Shown: in pieces, positions 47,383 through 47,454 of the stretch
Numbering within the stretch: position 1 is the stretch's first letter
Layout: the number at the start of each line of letters is the position of its first letter
Source: Candidatus Woesearchaeota archaeon
Lineage (GTDB): Archaea > Nanobdellota > Nanobdellia > Pacearchaeales > GW2011-AR1
Assembly (NCBI GenBank): GCA_964437455.1
Contig: CAYTGG010000004.1
Coordinates: 1-47,454, forward strand
Reading direction: 5' to 3'
Length of the DNA stretch: 47,454 nt
Position numbers and translations under genes: made by a program
The notes under the pieces: model-generated
What the model saw: only the letters and a program-made list of their open reading frames with translations
Databases searched by the model: none
Told to the model about the DNA's origin: nothing

Positions 47383-47454
47383 AATAAATAGAAAATGTTG
47401 CTAAATTATAAAGCTTTTGCCCTTGATTGTGTGTCTTTGATCTATCACTTCGTT

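Overview
AT-rich archaeal chromosome segment, most consistent with a DPANN lineage (Pacearchaeota/Woesearchaeota-like; this is an inference). Support: archaeal L7Ae-S28e-L24e, S6e, aIF2-gamma, Kae1 and Elp3, a tRNA with a bulge-helix-bulge intron, and BRE/TATA promoters with mostly leaderless genes. Housekeeping genes include thrS, lemA-htpX, pcm, an RbgA-like GTPase, malic enzyme, ychF, and gyrB-gyrA with two inteins flanking the catalytic Tyr. The strongest candidate for an undescribed system is a ~12 kb co-directional cell-surface cluster (20619-32923). It encodes a giant LamG protein, a pilin-like subunit, a multi-domain protein ending in the same pilin-like domain, two paralogous membrane-anchored beta-sandwich 'chaperone-like' proteins, and an unannotated 59-aa membrane peptide carrying little more than a putative donor strand. 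This suggests a donor-strand-polymerised adhesive fibre, with a recurring [ILF]-T-G motif as a possible processing signal and a LamG domain apparently split between two genes. Other highlights: tRNA-Ile(UAU) with a 47-nt intron, a decayed toxin-antitoxin pair, a duplicated ThrRS anticodon-binding domain behind a membrane helix, a minimal Pol X, and an unannotated CC1-like chromatin protein with a lysine-rich tail. All family calls come from motif recognition by eye; no searches were run.
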